Source of the DNA: Laetmonice hystrix
Lineage: Eukaryota
Direction: 5' to 3'
DNA length: 64,000 nt
Assembly (NCBI GenBank): GCA_965235115.1
Contig: OZ249436.1
Coordinates: 47,556,001-47,620,000 of the forward strand
Shown: piece by piece, positions 63,432 through 64,000 of the stretch
Position numbering within the stretch: position 1 is the stretch's first letter
How the letters are laid out: each line of letters opens with the position of its first letter
Notes under the pieces: model-generated
The model's database searches: none
Told to the model about the DNA's origin: nothing
Seen by the model: the letters and a program-made list of their open reading frames with translations, nothing else
Translations under genes and position numbers: made by a program

Positions 63432-63896
63432 GTGTAGAAGGGGCGGATTCCTTGTTTAAAAGGTTTCAGACGGTACGTGTGTAGAAGGGACGGTACGTGT
63501 GTAGAAGGGGTGGATTCCTTGTTTAAAAGGTTTCAGACGGTACGTGTGTAGAAGGGGCGGATTCCTTGTTTAAAAGGTTTCAGACGGTACGTGTGTAGAA
63601 GGGACGGTACGTGTGTAGAAGGGGTGGATTCCTTGTTTAAAAGGTTTCAGACGGTACGTGTGTAGAAGGGGCGGATTCCTTGTTTAAAAGGTTTCAGACG
63701 GTACGTGTGTAGAAGGGGCGGATTCCTTGTTTAAAAGGTTTCAGACGGTACGTGTGCAGAGGTGGCGGATTACTTGTTTAAAAGGTTTCAAACGGTACGT
63801 GTGTAGAAGGGACGGTACGTGTGTAGAAGGGACGGATTCCTTGTTTAAAAGGTTTCAGACGGTACGTGTGTAGAAGGGGCGGATTCCTTGTTTAAA
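63432..63896. repeat. Compound minisatellite
   Basis: GTGTAGAAGGGGCGGATTCCTTGTTTAAAAGGTTTCAGACGGTAC, with an internal sub-duplication in some units. Confidence 0.93.
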
Positions 63897-64000
63897 TAGT
63901 TTCCGATGCATGGTGAACAAAGATCTTGAGGATATATTGTCAGGCAACTGTCGTTCGTTGTTCTTCTCTTCCCTAAGATACGTGATAATTATGTTTTGAC

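Noticed and set aside
3975..63896. Arrays with 23-47 bp units as CRISPR arrays
   Set aside because: Units are head-to-tail with no unique spacers, there are no cas genes, and the context is eukaryotic.

Overview
Animal (probably invertebrate bilaterian) genomic DNA. No prokaryotic operons, CRISPR arrays, rRNA or tRNA genes were seen. The one confident protein-coding feature is an intact CR1/L2-group non-LTR retrotransposon (38701-42602). Its single 1097-aa ORF encodes a PHD finger, AP endonuclease and reverse transcriptase, and it is inserted into a 26-bp minisatellite with a 5-bp target duplication. Roughly a quarter of the window (hand estimate, 17-18 kb) is taken up by more than 30 unrelated minisatellites of 11-109 bp unit, several nested inside MITE- or Helentron-like elements. 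Between the arrays are unique islands holding a well-formed minus-strand coding exon (16756-17130), smaller candidate exons of at least two unidentified minus-strand genes, and promoter-like motif clusters (CCAAT, TCTCGCGAGA, NRF1, YY1, CRE, CTCF-like) at about 18.3, 25.1, 26.8 and 46.7 kb. Exon chains and motif calls were read by eye and need RNA-seq or homology support. No host gene could be named.
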